Shown: piece after piece, positions 62,631 through 64,000 of the stretch | Numbering within the stretch: the first letter of the stretch is position 1 | Layout of the letters: each line of letters opens with the position of its first letter | Translations under genes and position numbers: made by a program | Origin: Raillietiella orientalis | Taxonomy: Eukaryota | Length of the DNA: 64,000 bases | Reading direction: 5' to 3' | Assembly: GCA_036172245.1 (NCBI GenBank) | Contig: JAYWIR010000023.1 | Coordinates: forward strand, 2,542,001 to 2,606,000 | Notes under the pieces: generated by a model | The model's database searches: none | Told to the model about the DNA's origin: nothing | What the model saw: the letters and a program-made list of their open reading frames with translations, nothing else

Positions 62631-63423
62631 TGCTACGAAAACAAGCTGTGGGCGAAGGAATCATCACGGATGGGTTTAATGTTGTTTGTGTGTTATTTAA
62701 CAGGGAGGATGTATGGAGTGTTAATGGGTGGTTGAGCTAGTAATAGGAAATATAGGTATGTTGGTGTGGTGCGTTCAGTAGCTCAAATGATTTCTTATGA
62801 GGTATGTATGATATGCCAACTCGAAAAGCTGCTGAAGGAAGAGCAGGATGTTAGACCCATCCATGTCGCGATAATGAGAACAGGCACCCATCCCGCCCTA
62901 TCCTGTGTTGGTTTTTTTTTTTCATCTGGCACCTCACGGACCAGAGTAAGGAGTAGGTGGCATCAGGTCTGGCTCACTTTATTGCCTTTGGTGAAGACAG
63001 AATGGCAAGAGTTGAGCGGCTGGCTCGACTGCCTTCTGGAAGAGGGGAGAAACGGGGAAGGGGAAGATTCTAGATCAATCCACGGGGTCTTGTCCATCTG
63101 CTGCCCTGGTGCGGATCCGATCAGGGCGTTCTGCAAGCCTTGGCCTCCGGTGACAGCAGACCGGTCTCAGACCGATGGGAGGTGTTCATAGAGCAGTCTC
63201 CCCTCAAACCTCTTCAATCTGAGGAGAGTCTTGCAGAAGAAGCGGCTGATGGCTTCTCTAAGCATGATGTCGAGGAGCGTCCACTTCATCCTCGTGGCAG
63301 TGTTGAATCGTGGAAAACATCAGCCAATTGTAATCTCCAGAAACACTTCGTTTTGTAAAGGTGATCCTGCTGGGAAAGCACTATTGCAGTGTTCTGTCAA
63401 CAATGGTGTTTGGCATTGAGATG

Positions 63424-63831
63424 AAAAAAAAAACACACACACGATGTAAGAGAGAACAGGAAAAGAAACTGAAAAGAAAGGGTGGATGCCCCACGGAAGC
63501 CTGCAACGCACCTTAGTTTGCGCGAAGACAAAGTTTACAGGGAATATAGTCAGTGACAAACATGGGACATCCGAGCCGCTATCTCCAACTATGGGTCATC
63601 TTACCCATCCAGACTTCCAGACAAAGGCTCGCTCTTAGCGGAGTGGCGTGTCCACTGCTGGTGTCCCAACAGGTGCTTCTGATATCCCTCCCTCTCCTCA
63701 TATCCATCTCCCTGTAAACTTTGTCTTCGTGCAAACTAAGGTGCGTTGCAGGCTTCCGTGGGGCATCCACCCTTTCTTTCCAGTTTCTTTTCCTGTTCTC
63801 TCTTACATCGAGTGTTTTTTTTTTTTTTTTT
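63424..63831. repeat. Long inverted repeat with ~120-bp arms (63424-63543 and 63709-63831)
   Basis: The arms are near-identical reverse complements around a ~165-bp spacer, with poly-A/poly-T outer ends. Confidence 0.9.
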
Positions 63832-64000
63832 AAACTATGTGCGGATTAGTTTTCGATTCGCTCTCATCTTTCTCATGAAGGCTCCGCCATCTTTGGCACT
63901 TCTCCGTGATGCCGCAATCCACGGTTGGTTGAAGCAGCTCGTCGTGGCACATCGCCTTCGCCGGTCGGGGACTGACCTTTTGCTTTTGGTTCGCCAAGTG

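Overview
This is eukaryotic (animal, probably arthropod) genomic DNA with no prokaryotic features, and most entries in the ORF track are shadow frames in GC-rich sequence. I can support three main things. (1) A multi-exon + strand gene at about 42.3-57.8 kb, whose 5' end is not located. It has a phase-consistent GT-AG exon chain and encodes a large acidic, disordered protein (poly-Glu exon) with two synaptopodin/myozenin (calsarcin)-type motifs, SKGQKMFIKRMERSSKWVHE and GKGGALFAKRKQKSENWVVE. (2) Dense blocks of nested, mostly decayed retroelements at about 9.9-27 kb, 43-46 kb, 54.7-56.2 kb and 58.5-62.6 kb. These are L1/Tx1-like LINEs on both strands and a Ty3/Gypsy relic; separately, a TA-flanked MITE lies at 56573-56906. 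(3) GC/CpG-rich regions at 0-8 kb and 29-42 kb with diverged internal duplications and possible antisense exons that I cannot resolve. The most notable structure is a young, TSD-flanked LINE insertion (10450-11843) whose 5' 292 bp are a ~98% identical inverted copy of DNA 2.5 kb away. Also notable are an AATAAA+hairpin terminus conserved across divergent LINE copies and several perfect 14-20 bp-arm palindromes in otherwise decayed DNA. Boundaries of the decayed elements are approximate and were read by eye.
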